Assembly: GCA_030141605.1 (NCBI GenBank)
Contig: JAQGDQ010000222.1
Location: 62,001-126,000, forward strand
Direction: 5' to 3'
Length of the DNA: 64,000 nucleotides
Source of the DNA: Tubiluchus corallicola
Lineage: Eukaryota > Animalia > Priapulida
Of this stretch, positions 26,673 through 63,663 are shown piece by piece (the stretch's first letter is position 1; each line of letters starts with the position of its first letter). A program made the translations under genes and the position numbers. The notes under the pieces are model-generated. The model had not been told where the DNA came from. It saw only the letters and a list, made by a program, of their open reading frames with translations, and made no database searches.

Positions 26673-29205
26673 TTGTGGTTACCTATGAGTTCCTATCTAA
26701 GGCAAAATTTTATTTACATAAAATTTCACTTTATTTTGCAAATAGCGAGCAGCAAATTTACCTTCATGACGTTAAATTGACCATAAACTTTTTGTAAATC
26801 ATACGCTGTTTTGCGCAATGGACTTAATGTATTTTTTTGTATTTCAACGTTTGTTATTCTTATCGACAACGTGTTCAATAAACACCATTTTTTGTACTCT
26901 GTCTTAACTTCAGGAAGTTTTTTGCTTGTATACACTGAGCAGTTGCAGTGATGACGTAGTTTTGTGCAAAATCAGCTGGGAGACGTAAGAAAAATGCAAG
27001 GAATGTAAATAAAAATGAAAGTGAGCGTGTTCTTGGCGTGTGGAAACCCGAAAGCTGGTTTCTACCGAGTGATTACTTAAAATAATAACGTATTCGATTT
27101 CTAAGCTGCTTCAGACTTGCGGTAGAACAAAATGTTGCTTTTGTCATTGAAGTGTAACCATACGAAGCAAGATAATAATTAAACTATTGAAAAAAATTGT
27201 ACTCTAATGGATTAAATTTAAAGCAAATACCCAGGGATGTACGCTCGGTAATTTTATTTCGATAGCTATAATTTGTTTTCACGCTTCGCCTAGCAAGTCG
27301 CAACTCGTCCATAATTATTGATTGTTGCTATAACGTTTCTATAACGTTGCTATGACTATTAGCACGAACCATCGAAGCTCAAACTTTAGGTTGCGTTATT
27401 TCTTTGTACATCACTACAATCTGCAGTATCATCTTGCACTAGCTACAACAGCCATTATTTTTTTCTGTTCACCTCCATTAAAAGTTTTCAAACACCAAAC
27501 TTCAACGACGATTGGTGACCATATATAAGTTTATGGATTATAGTATCAAAGACTAGGGAAATAAGATTATTTTACATGGATCTTTGAAGGTTACTCTGTT
27601 AACTAAATTTTACGTGTTTGTTTAAATACAAGCTATAAACCGTTGTCAAGGGAAGCCAAGTGACTTTAATTTATTACCAGCGTAAAATAATTATAAAACG
27701 CCCACTACATTTAATCACGGGCGCATATTCATGAGCGTGAAGTCGTTACAGCGAATTAGTGCTTTGCTAAATTTAGCTTGCTGCTAATTGCCTGGCTAGT
27801 AGAAGTTACAATAGGTCCAAAAGTAATTCATTATTGTCTTAAAATTTTGCATAACGGATAAACGGTTAGCTCTTGATTCTAGCTCATTCTTCATCTTATA
27901 CTAGAATCTTTGAAAATGCATTGCAAAGCCGTGCAACCCAACGAAATGCAATGCAAGTCATAGCAGTGCAGTAGAGAACGGTAAAGCATAATGTAATCTA
28001 ATGTGCAAGAGTGCAATGCAGTACAATGTAATACATGTCAATGCAGTACAATGCAGTTCAGAGCAATACATCACAACACTGAGCTCGAATGTCATTAATT
28101 AAAGTTTCATATAAAAATCATTTGTAGAGTTTATTCTTAATACACTGTATTGGTTGGTTAATTTTTAATTGGTAAAGTTAGTTACTGACGATCAAATTTA
28201 GATTATACAAATCATAAATGTGACTATTACATCTTAAATTAATTAAGGTAATTGTAATAATAAATAGGTTTCATGAATTCACAAAAATTTCTGTGTAATG
28301 TAATGCAACAATTTTCTGATTTCGGGACTGACGCATCTACGTCGTAAATTCTTAACGTATATCCTTCAACAAGCACGCAAACTGCAGATTTTGTAGGTAA
28401 TTTGTGTGGGTCATTACGAGCACGTGTTTGTAACGAGTAGGCATCTGGGTTCCCAAAATATATCTGCCTTCTATCAGTTGGTCTTCAGAAACGTCATATG
28501 CAGTCAAGATGTGACTAGCAGGAGTAAATACCTACAGGGTAAAAGCTGCCAATATTGGGTCACCAAAGTTTAACGCCACATAATGAAATTTGAGGCACTC
28601 AAGTGTCCGTTTTATGAGCTTCACCTTCGCTAAACCGCCAATGTATTCAGCTCTAAGAAGCCATGTTGCATTGAATGCTCGATTTCCGATTTTGGGTGCT
28701 CCTAACTGATTTGGGGTTACATAATTTTCTGTATTTATATTACGTGTGTAGGTTCTTGTCGTTATTCTTATTTATATGGGGTTGTTTTAGCAACAAACGT
28801 GACCGCTTAGCGAAAAGCTTTTGTCACTTTCCTACATTACAGAGAGTTTTAGGAATTGCTCAGTGCTTTATAAATATTTATTCAAACTTGTGAAATCGGT
28901 AATAATAGTAGAGCTCGTTGTTATAGTTCCCAACATTGCTTTTTGCAGAAACAGTATAAGGTTATGCCTGACTAGTAACGCTAATTTTTTAAATGTGTTA
29001 AAACCTATAAACAAATAGTTCGATAATAATTAACATATATCTCCATTAAAAGTAGATAACTTTTTAAGATATAATCAGTTACATTTCAGTTACTTTATGT
29101 GAGAATTGGTTGTTTTTCGCAATAAAATATGTGTATAGGCCTAGCCATATAAAGCTCATTTATTTTTGGCATAGATTGCAACTGGCAAGGCCAAAAGAGA
29201 AAACA

Positions 29206-32200
29206 ATGATGAAGTGTTCAACAGATGGCTCTTCCGCTGCAGTACCTATTAACGATGTGCCATCTAGTGTCAACAACTTGAACAATCACGACGACAATGT
29301 CCCCGCCTTGCAGATAACAAAACGTTTGAATAACGGGTATCTTGTTGAATCTACAGTGAAGTTAAAAAATGCAGATGTGATAGAAAGTTTCGGGAATGCA
29401 TCACAAGTAGTGGGCTTGCGCCACTTACCAAATTCTGATGAAGTACTGCAGAGGACGCCACCACCACCAATGATTCCGAAGCAAATGTCTGATGCAACAT
29501 TCAACAGGTCGCCAACTCATGAAAGTCCTGTTTACCAAGTAAGTATAATTGATGGAGTTGTTCAAACTAATATTAAACATTTGTTTGACCAAATCTAACC
29601 CTTAGTCGGATACATCTTAATTCTCAAGTTAGTTCCAGAATGTAGTTGGTATGTTAAACATGTTGTAGTTTTAGCGTCAGTTAGCATTGACTGTGGACCT
29701 TTTAACTAAGTTTGACGACAGAACAAGGTGGATGAAAAGTGCTTTTAACTGTAACTAAGGCACTTCATTATTTTTGTTAATAAATTGTAATTGTTAACGA
29801 CAATAGCTGCAGTTAACTGTCGGGAGTACTGAAAGGCGATGCAGTGGAAGCACCAAAAAGCTACTAAAAGTTGTGTTGGGAAAAAGGCTTTTCCTCCAGT
29901 TTAAATAAATACGCCGTTTCTGCGAGTAAAATACATGACGCGATCAGCAGTTTAGTGTTAGCAACATAAAAACTATTAAAAACAATTAAACACAGTATTG
30001 ATCCTGCGTTAATGGTATTTATAGTTAACACGAAAAGTTTTTGCAATATAGTTCTGATGTAGATCTCATCTTGAAAATTTACAAGTTTTGATTACTTTGT
30101 GGTATAAGGAAGTGTTTATTGGTGTTTTTACAAATCTACAATATTTTTTGTACAGAGTATTGCTCCTGCTTGCACACTGTTATATCAAAGTACAATTATA
30201 TACAATTCATGCATAGCTGTAGAAATGGAAGGTAATGTATAGCTAAAGTTGAAACAGCTTTAATGCTCTAAGCTGAATTATTAATACTGACAATTTTAAA
30301 AACCTTTTCACGCCTAATGGCTTTTAATACTTACACTGCGATCAATGTGCAGACGAACTGCTTTCCTAACTTTCGACTGATTAAAATTTCATGGCGATTT
30401 CTAGAAATCCACTAAGAATTAACGATGTGGGCGGGATTTTCTAACCACTGAGCTATCTTCAGCAAAAATGCTGTAAACGTCGAAAGTACCAGAGAATTAT
30501 AAACTAAGAAAAATATTGCAAACTCTTGGAAAGCGTACAGGCACTGTAAAAGAAATATGAGTTCATCTGGTTTTAATGAAGAGCCCACTTCATCGTTCCA
30601 CCCATGAGTTAGGTAAACAGAGTCGATGTACATTTGCCATGAGAAAGATTAGCTTCATCCGGTGTTGTTTAATGGAGGAGAAAAATAGCTTCTTTGCAAG
30701 TATCATTTAATTGTGCACCATTCATTATAATACGTGGGTAGTAAAAGACATTGTAAAAGATAAGACAAAATTTTGAGGACTGAATGAGAATATTTATATG
30801 AATTACGAAGTATTTATCTCATTATATTAAATTTTGTGAAAAACAAGAACAAAATGCGATTATGTGTTAGAAAAACCCTTTTGAGTTTTAGAATGAAGAT
30901 ATAGAATGATTACGTTAAGATACCAATGCATGTATGTTTGATGCGATAAACAAAGAGTTTATCATTATCAGTTATTTTGTCTTTTGTAGAATCCTTATCA
31001 TTCAACGTTTGGTCGACGAGATCCCAGGTTCGCGTCTTTATATGGCGGTCGAAATCGGGACAGAGTTCAGCGAAAACGCATTGTTACAAAAAGCGGCGAC
31101 TTTAACGTCACGGTGGCAAACGTCGACAACCAGAAGAGGAGATACATCGCCGATTTCTTCACAACGCTGGTCGATATAAAGTGGCGGTGGACGATCATCA
31201 TCTTTTCTACGGGATTTTTGTTAAGTTGGTTGTTCTTTGCAGTACTTTGGTACATAATCAGCTACTCTCACGGTGATCTGGCGGAAGACGTTAAAGCCAG
31301 GCCATCAGTGCCGTGTGTGGAGTACATTGACAGTTTCTCGTCTGCCTTTTTGTTTTCTATAGAAACGCAGCATACGATCGGTTACGGAAACAGAGTCATA
31401 ACCGAAGAATGTCCCGAGGCTGTTGTGGCTTTGATAATACAATCCATAACTGGTGTACTCATTCAGTGTTTTGTTGTAGGTATGGTGTTTTCCAAAATAG
31501 CTAGGCCAAAAAAGCGGGCGCAGACTTTGATTTTTAGCCGAAATGCATGCATTTGCCGCCGAGATGGAATGCTGTGCTTGCTGTTCCGAGTCGGTGACGT
31601 CCGACGGTCGCAGATATTGGAAGCCCACATCAGGGCACTTGTGATTAAGAAAAAAGTGACAACAGAAGGGGAGACGATACCACTGCATCGGTATGACGTC
31701 AACGTTGGTTTCGAGGACGGCACGGATCGAGTTTTTATGATCTGGCCGGTGACCATTTGTCACAAAATTGACCAAAGTAGCCCTTTTTACGAGATGAAAC
31801 CTGAGGACTTCCAGACTCAAAAGTTTGAGCTGGTCTGCATTTTGGAAGGGGTGACTGAATCCACTGGTATGACTACGCAGGCCAGGTCTTCCTATATAAA
31901 TGGTGAGATTTTGTGGGGTTACAGGTTCCAGCGCATGGTCACATTCCAGAGGGAGGATGGCATGTACCGCATCGACTTTTCTCGCCTCCACAACACGATT
32001 CCAGTGGAAACTCCACGTCTTAGTGCTAAGCAGATGGACGAACTGAGAGAAAAAACCGGATCTGTCGACACAGAGACGGCGACGGTGACAGAAGACTGCA
32101 GTCCAGTCCTTACCGGAACTGTTTCCATGCCGGAATTTGTTCGTCATCCTTCACCGAACAATAGATTTTTAAAGTTACAAAATGCCAAGGATTTCGATGA

Positions 32201-32252
32201 GCAACCAGAGGGTGAAAGGCCAATTTTCACAGCACCCATCGGAGATGACTAA
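29206..32252 (+). CDS. Inward-rectifier potassium channel (Kir/Irk, KCNJ family), 531 aa, 2 coding exons
   Basis: Exon 29206-29538 (MMKCST...PVYQ, GTAAGT) joins in phase 0 to exon 30990-32252 (TTGTAG acceptor, NPYHST...RIVTKSGDFNV...). Kir hallmarks: DFFTTLVDIKWRW, SAFLFSIETQHTIGYG filter, ITEECP, RPKKR, LEGVTESTGMTTQARSSY, EILWGYRF. The start codon is less certain than the core exon. Confidence 0.95.
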
Positions 32253-32807
32253 AACCACATATATGAAAAATGCAACACTCACAGTTGCACAATTTTAAAT
32301 GCGTGTTTTAAGTGCCCTAAAGTAATTATAATGCATTAACGCGGTTCTGTAGTAAGCGAATTCAGAAATTTTAACTGACTTGGAGCTCGGATTTCATTTG
32401 TTGACTCGGAGCAAGCAGTTAAAGTTATTTAAGTGGATTTTGTATAAATAACTCAGATTAGTTAATCAAGGATCAGAACTGACAGAGGCAATTACCAAAC
32501 AAGGGGTTCGAAAAGTAACTACATAGTTTCAATAGATTTGAAATTAAGTATATTTTCTTTTCGTTCGTCGCTCTGAAGTTTATTTTCCAAGCCATAAACT
32601 AATTGCAAAAGTTGGCTTGTATTTTTGAAGAATATCGGCTTGGCTGACAACTATATTGTGAATGATGAGTATTGATGACGAAGACGCATATTGTTGTTGT
32701 GCCTTAATGAAATAACTGAAAACGTAGATAATAATTAAAAAGAATTTAATTTCCATAAGTAAATTACTTTATTAGCTAACAGGTCGTAAATGTTTGCTTT
32801 CAAATGC

Positions 32808-32813
32808 AATAAA
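32808..32813 (+). terminator. Putative polyadenylation signal of the Kir gene
   Basis: AATAAA about 555 nt downstream of the stop codon. A second copy lies near 32841. Confidence 0.4.
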
Positions 32814-33158
32814 ATGTTTTAATTTTACCACGGAATATTAAATAAATATTGTTAGTTATATTTTAACTGCCATCTATGTTTTAGTTACAATTAAAAGTAT
32901 TTTCCCGCATTTCTCTTGAAAGTTGTTTCAGTCAGAATTTAGAAAGATGGTAAGCTAGGCAAGGAAACATATTAGGCTGCTTTAAAAAGTGGAGTATAAC
33001 GGAAGGACAAGTATTAGCCAGGCAAGATTGTACCGCTGAGTTTATTGTTTTTTCACTGCTATGCTGCTTTAAACTACCAACTTGTCTCATGACTAATATA
33101 TTAGAATACCATTCGGACTCTTAATTAGGCAATTCGTCATTCAGAAACTCAGAGTAAA

Positions 33159-33481
33159 TGAATGAATCAATGTCGAACGAGCGAGCAAATGAATGATTGA
33201 ATGACTAAATGAGTGAATGAATGATCTAATGAATGAATTAAAGAGTGAATGAATGAATGAATGAGTGAATGAATGAATGTATGAATGAATGAATGAATGA
33301 ATGAATGAATGAATGAATGAATGAATGAATGAATGAATGGATGGATGGATGGATGGATGGATGGATGGATGAATGAATGAATGAATGAATGAATGAATGA
33401 ATGAATGAATGAATGAATGAATGAATGAATGAATGAATGAATGAATGAATGAATGAATGATTAAATGAATGAATGAATGAA
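33159..33481. repeat. (GAAT)n microsatellite with embedded (GGAT)n block
   Basis: Directly visible. It produces the spurious FIHS-repeat ORF. Confidence 0.97.
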
Positions 33482-34754
33482 ATTGACTCGTAGGCCGACT
33501 GTTCGTCCATATATAAATCTACCCACCTACATATTCACCCAGAATATACAAATTCATTCACGATCTTATTGACCAACCAAACAACTCTGTAATTCGAGAA
33601 TTTTAATTACTCTATTTAATGTAAATAATAAACAGTGACGAAGCAACAAAGCAGTTCTTTATAAGAATAAAAACAAAAATACGATCACCGGACAGGCTAA
33701 ACCTGTTAATCAACGCTACCACCAAGTTTCTTTGTTTCTTTCGCGTTTGTAATACGACAGGAAATTAAACCTGTTATTTTTCGAAAAGTTTTCCTTGGAC
33801 ATATACCCTTGTGATTCTCTGACAACAAACGTGAATTGTTTTCATTCGGAATATACATAAAATAGATAATAAAATGTTAGTAACCTGACTATGTGAAAAT
33901 GTAAAAAATGGCAATATTTAAAATTGGCAATATTATTCTTCCTATAATAGCATAAATTAATCGTGGCTGATGTGAGATGTCGACGAGTGTTGTGTGGCTG
34001 CAGTGTAAAAGTGACTGATGCCATTAATTGATTATAAATCCAAATAAAATAGAATAATGTTTATAGCAAACTAATTGCTTATATTAACAAATTACAATTA
34101 TGTGTATTACAATTAGTAAGCATAATTACAATTATGTGTGTTGCAAATGCAAAAACTTTTAATAAATTCACCTAGTTTGAAAAACCAGGAAAACCTGTTA
34201 TAGTTGCTGCCGACTGCCTCCACCTACTGGCAAAAAACATTGACAACAATCGGCTAGGAATGTGTAGATATTGTGTGTTGTACATTACGTTAGGTTTCAT
34301 ATTCGCCCACTGGCCGCAACATTGTGGCGCTCCCTCTTGAGCGACAAGCTGACTGTTTGGCTTCTTCAAACATCATGGTTTGACTTAGCAATTTAGAAAA
34401 TTCGATCAAACCATGGCCAGTGTTAAAGCTGAAAATTAGTTAATTAGAAAGTCATTATTGAAATTAATTAGAAAGACGTTAATTACACTAATACGGGTAA
34501 AATAATTAGTACATGGCAACTTGTAACCAATAAAGTGGCATTTATGCATCTTTATCCTTTCTGCGCGCATGTGCTGGATGGAGTAATGCGTGTGACTACT
34601 GCACGGTTTGACCATTACTTCAAAGTGCTATTCCAAACAACGAAAAACATGGTGTTTCGTATACAAACAAGCCTTTTTTTATTAAGTGAAGCTGTTGGTA
34701 CAAACGAAGCGCCAACACAAATATGTAGCTGTAGAAAACTTGAGTGAAGTAGGA

Positions 34755-57922
<23,168 letters not shown>

Positions 57923-58508
57923 ACTGCGTTATTCTTTCCTAGACGTTGTAGTATTATTTTATCCAATAGGTGGCGACAGCAAGCTGTTTTCCACAAGCAA
58001 AAAACATTGTCTTCCATGCTGGTAGAAGCCAAGTAATTTTATACGTTATACCCTTATAAAAACTTGCAATGTTCAGTGTTTCTGCTGATTTGGCCATCGC
58101 TGGTTTAGCTTTCCCTGCAAAATATCTTTTTCAACGTTTGCAGGCACATTTTTATTCTTAGTTAAAGAAAATACATGATACTAAATCACGATAAAATAAT
58201 GATATAAACAATTATTACATATTACTGTTTACAGTGTTTGTTTTGTCATTAAAGATTTGTGTCATCTGTTTATAGTCTCTGCATATATGTAGTGCGGTAT
58301 ATATATATGGGTACATGCGGTATATGTTGCACTTTTTAATTTGTAATTCGCTGCTTTATTCACATTGCAAGTTTTTCAAATGTGTAATTGGAACTAAATT
58401 TTTCTGTTTACTAATGTAATTCGCTGAATTTATTTATGCAGGACAGTTTGCTTGAAGATTTGCCACTTTTGTCTTTTCTACGTTCACTGTGTTCAAATTT
58501 TTATGAAA

Positions 58509-58514
58509 AATAAA
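58509..58514 (+). terminator. Putative polyadenylation signal of the iGluR gene
   Basis: AATAAA about 590 nt downstream of the stop codon. Another copy occurs near 58979. Confidence 0.35.
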
Positions 58515-60312
58515 ACAGTCAATATTTATACCATATTATGGCACTGCAAAAATGCAAGCTCATTTTAGCAGTTGCATCTGTCATCATGTTCTGAGGCAGA
58601 ACTTGTTCTTGCTTAAGGCAAACCTTATTTGGTTTTTCCGCTGTGGTTCTGGACATTCACTGGCTGCCCCAAAAACCAAGATCAAAACAATAGATTCGCT
58701 TTAATGTTGCAATAGAAGGAGCATTGGTATACTTCCCAAAGCTGAATGCTATTTATGCGCAATGCATATACCCGAAGAAAATGTTCTTCGGTACGGCTCT
58801 GCAACAGAACATTGGTCAGAAGAAAAAGAGAAAAAGTGTGGTATGTGTAGTCTGAATTATAAATTTAGTCTGAAAGCACACATTGCTAGTGCATGAAAGT
58901 ATTTCACTAATGAGCATTTGGCTTAATTTCTGCAGTGTCATCTTTTGGTCTGACGTATGTAATGACGTCTATTGGTGTAATAAATACTGGTGTGTTTTCA
59001 ACAGATGCATGTTTTGAAGTTTTTTCCGGTGGCAGGAAATGAGTTAATCCATATTTATTATTTAACTTGCATTTGTACTTGAATTTGTAAATGTAAAAAT
59101 TTAATATGTAATTATCTGCCTTGTGTAGTTGTCACAATTTTGTTTTTAGAATTAGTTAATCTTTTTAATATCATAATTCCTGGGAAATGTATATAAGTAA
59201 AAACTTTTAATATGTAAGTATGTGTTAATAAGTATTTATTTATAGGTATTCGTGAAATTATTCCTAATAATGTTTTTCTTACAGTAACAATGTCATTTAT
59301 TGAGTTTATTGAACATTTGAAAACATATCCTAAGAAGATCCTTGGCTGGAAATATTAAAGAGTGCGCACGGGTAGCAATTCAGTTACTGCAGTGACAGTG
59401 ACGTAGTGATAGGTGTGAACACATTAAGAAAAACATAACACTTACAACAATTAACCTAACGACTAATTAATTGAAGAAGGTATTGAAAAGTTGTGGACCA
59501 ACCAGGATTCAAAGTCATAACCTCCTAGTTAATTTTAATACTCAGCTTGAAATTTATCTACCTATTTTATGTGAATTTTGTTAGTCCACTGCTAAACTTT
59601 GAACATGTAGTTATTTAAATTATAATTTTGCAATTTATTTGATTTTAATTGTTTTGCAGTTGTAATGATTGGACAAAAGATTCGAATAATCTCGAAACGT
59701 AATGATCAATAAAACAAAATGGCATATAAAAATCTCATAAAAAATTTCTAAAAAAAACAACATTTACAAGTAAGAAGTTTAATAAACCATAGGCATTTTA
59801 AGCTAAAGTCTAAAAGTGGATGCTGCAAGTCTCTCTTTATGAAAGTTAGAAAATTTATGCGTTATCTTGCGCCACACAAAATGCGTGTTTTTTAGTATGT
59901 GCAGCAATGGAAAACCATAATGATGTGCATTTAAATATTTTAAATATAACATGATTTTCGCAGCTTAAAGTTAAAACAAATTAACAAGTTCCGCTGTTCA
60001 AGCTTTTGTGTTCGTCTTATCTCAGGTTTTGAGGTTTTTAGGTTTAGCCGGAATGATCGAATTTAGGTTAGTCAGAGTGTCAAACTGCATGGCAGCCTAC
60101 AGCTAAACATGCGCATACAGAAATAACTCAAGATCAACAAGAAAGTTTGTTAAATGCAGATACCCTTTAATAAGTGTCATTTTTACATTATTGAACGCAA
60201 ATCATTATTATAACAAAAATCGTGTCGAAGACAAATTTTAACCAATAACACAAAGAAACGTAATTACAATAGTTAGAAACACATCTCAAACGATATATAT
60301 ATATATATATAT

Positions 60313-60714
60313 TGGACTGCTCTCCACTTTTAGTGGAGGCAGAACGGATGGCACCGCGGCCTACACCGTGCGGCATGACTCAAAGACAAAAACCAAAATG
60401 AATAAAATAAAAATGACGATTTATTACCCAAACAAAATAAATCTTCCAGACAGCTTACCGAATGGAGCAAACAGAAAGCCTGATGAAGTGCGAACAGAGC
60501 TGAGATGAGATCAGACGCCCACTTACCACTGACAAGGATCTACAGCAGACCTACCCTTTTTATAAGCTCAGGTGTGCACGTGACTAGTGGCTCCCACTAA
60601 CACAAGGTCAGAATAAGCGTCTATGTGCTAGTTAAAGCCACGTTCACACGCACACCTGAGAAGTCTGCTGTATTCTCCTGCCAGTATTACACTATCTCAT
60701 CACAGCCCTGCAGT

Positions 60715-60717
<3 letters not shown>
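60313..60717 (-). mobile_element. Solo LTR (405 bp) inserted in a (TA)n microsatellite
   Basis: Ends TGGACTGC...GCAGTACA (TG/CA termini, 7/8 inverted match). On the minus strand TATAAAA (60564-60558) precedes AATAAA (60425-60420), in U3-R-U5 order. (TA)n lies on both flanks. Confidence 0.75.
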
Positions 60718-60756
<39 letters not shown>

Positions 60757-61056
60757 GCATTAATTATATGTTTATTTATATATATATTTATACTATTTAA
60801 ATAAATAATAACAGCCGTTTACTATATGAGGTGTATAAATTATATATAAAAACGGACGTATTTATGACAGTTATTATCGGATATCGCCAATTTCAAAATG
60901 ATCAATTATATAATATTGGATTAAACCTGCAATTATTATGTTTTTGAAAGTAAACTGATCTGAGAAGAAGAATGAGTAGTCGAGCTTGAAAAAGTTTGTG
61001 CAGCTTTTTGCGACGCATTTTGATGTTGAATAACAGCAGTGCACACATTTTGATAA

Positions 61057-63663
61057 TTAAAAATAGCCATTGTTATTAAAACTGTAGCCTTCATTGTTAT
61101 TAGAACCATAGCCAAAGATGGTAGATTTCTGGCGTTTATTCTTCCTAGAAGTAACTCTCCGCAGTTCGGGCTTGTAACATCGGTCCTTTAAGTCGCGTTC
61201 TGTAAGAGCACTACTAGGTCTGCCTATAGTGACCTGCAATTCAAATAATCTTCGAATAATTTTCTAATGTTTTCCCTTGATGGTCGTCATCCTCAATATT
61301 TACGCAAGATATGTCATTCCAAAATTGATTTTCACGTTGAATTCATAAAATTTAATTTAAATCACTTATCCACAAAGCTTTTTATGCTCCTTATGCTATT
61401 TTAGCTATCGACTTAATATCTGCCACATACCAGTCCACGTATCTCAATTAAAGAAATGTGCTCACAGTGTATGTCTTTATATATATCAAAGTTAAATCTA
61501 AATGACAGTTCAGTTTGTCCCAGTATTTTTACAACAAATGAAATATTTGCACATGTGTCTAAATCGCTTTCTCTAGTCTACCCACGCCAGATGAGTCTAG
61601 CGTTTAGATAGAGGTTACGGCATTTATTATGGCGTAGTTGGCTATCTTTTTTTCTGAAGCACATGCCAAGAAACTCAATAAAGGCTAAATTGACGTAGAA
61701 AGACAGGTTAAAGTTCTAACAGGATGGAATGCAGTTCGAAAAATGGGACGTAATTAGGATGTAGTCCAAGATTTCAACAAAAACGTACTTTTAAAATCAT
61801 TGACCTTCTTTTGACCTATACTGGAAGATTGTTGATTTAATTTTTTGACCTACTAAACGACTGAACAATAATTTTTTGACCTACTGAACGACTGAACAAT
61901 AACTTTTTGACCTACTGAACGACTGAACAATTTTATTCCTGTATTACAAGTAATCTTACCTCACCACGAAGCTGTACAGGTACATCAGACCATTTGAAAA
62001 TGTCCCCATTGTTGTTGTTACATGATTTGCAGTTCTGGAGACGTTGCGATTGCGTTAGAAGACCTTCGTACACATTTAAATCACTGACGCATCCAAACAT
62101 ATCTGCATCCAGAGAGTTAGTCCAATATGCGCCAATGGAGCCAAACACCTCGTCGTCACCAATGTTTGAAAGATCGGGCCCAGGGTCGCTGAGATCTACT
62201 TCAAGTGTAAAACCACCAAACTAATAAATAAAAATGCAGATATTTGGTAGCCATAGTTTTTGTAGATGACGAAGGTTTTGAATGTAACAGCATCTATGCC
62301 TCGTTATTTCATTGTTGAATTAATGTCCATTTGTTCCCTAGCCTGTATTACTGAGGAAAATTATATCAGAAACAAAGCTTGACCACTGTGTTTAATGTCC
62401 ACTGTATTTAATTTAAACCATGAAACGTTTTTTATCAATGATGGTGTCTCTATGATGTAAATATCATATATACTACTAACATCTTCTCCACATTCTGAGT
62501 AAAATCTGATCTTTCCTGCAGACTCACTGATTTCGACACAGCCATGGTGCCAGTATCCATCGCACAAACCTGACCCGAATATATTTCCAAAACCAGGTAC
62601 GCTAAAAAGACAAAACCCCTAAATGTCACTGATTCTAAAGCACATCATAGTATCTCCATTACAGGCTTGTTATCTGGGTACCGACTGGTTGGCATAGTGC
62701 TTGGATGCCTGCAAGATTTTCTATACCATAGATGAAATATTTTGGTATTCATGGGAATTCTGTTTTTTATAATTCTGGTCAGTCTGATATTCTGATTTAA
62801 TAGCTAGAGGTCTTAATGACCTCTAGTTGCTCGTATGTAGTACAGAGAAAATATTACAAACTTACTGAACTTTTTTTGAAATTGACGTTATAAACATTGA
62901 AAAGAAATTCGAAAAATTTGCTGAGAGCCATTTTCTTAGTGATAATCTTAGTTGAAATTTCAACTAAAATGTTAAATGTTAAAATTTTAAAACTTACTCT
63001 CCGCATGGAAGAGAAGTTTTGAAATTTAAAATCGACCAGATTACCATTGAGTCATCCAAACCATCAACTCCTGGTACAGCTGTTGACTTGTAGCACCTAC
63101 ATTGGAGAAATTACAAATTAAAAACAAAAAAAATTATACCCAAGATGCATGCAAGTTATGTTCGAAGAAAATGTGCTAATCCTTGTAATAGCTGTTTGTT
63201 AACCCTTCCAATAATAATAATTGACAGCTAGATTAAGGAATTAAAGCAAAACGGATCCAATTTTAAACCGTAGGTAAAAACAATCTACTCTTTAAAATAT
63301 TGAAAGGAAACATTCTGTTTTTTCAAAGATGACTTACAGGAAATGAGTATGTTGTGAACGCAACAAAAATACCTCTGTTATATAGATGATGCACGGATGG
63401 TGATGAAAAGGATGATGGCGAGGGTAATGATGGTAATTATGGTGACGACAACGACAGCGGCGATGATGACGACGATGATGATGGTGATGATGTTGATGAC
63501 ATAAAAGGTAACACTAAAAAAGCCTGCACATACCCACACAGGGTGAATTCAGAAAACTGTTTGCGTTTCTGTAAAATGGATCCTATAAGTTCCGCGCGAG
63601 TATTGTTCCTTCCATTAAAGCAAAGTTCAAAAACGTGAGGATCAAGTTTGGCACACGGCTCTC
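61057..63663 (-). CDS. Divergent pentraxin/LamG-fold protein, 5'-incomplete (at least 5 coding exons, about 260 aa visible)
   Basis: Exons 63663-63534, 63096-62998, 62601-62481, 62220-61960 and 61233-61057 join in frame via GT-AG: EPCAKLDPHVFELCF...FSEFTLCGCYKST...LCDGYWHHGCVEISESAGKIRFY...MFGCVSDLNVYEGLLTQSQ..CKSC...GDIFKWSD...LRGEVT. This matches the pentraxin motifs FTxC, DGxWHHxC, FxGxxSxxNxW/Y and GxxxxW. The start exon was not found. Confidence 0.75.
61839..61931. repeat. 31-bp minisatellite x3
   Basis: Near-perfect copies of AATTTTTTGACCTACTGAACGACTGAACAAT in the last intron of the pentraxin-like gene. Confidence 0.9.
63395..63500. repeat. Degenerate (GAT/GAC/GGT)n tract
   Basis: Directly visible and intronic. 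Confidence 0.8.
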
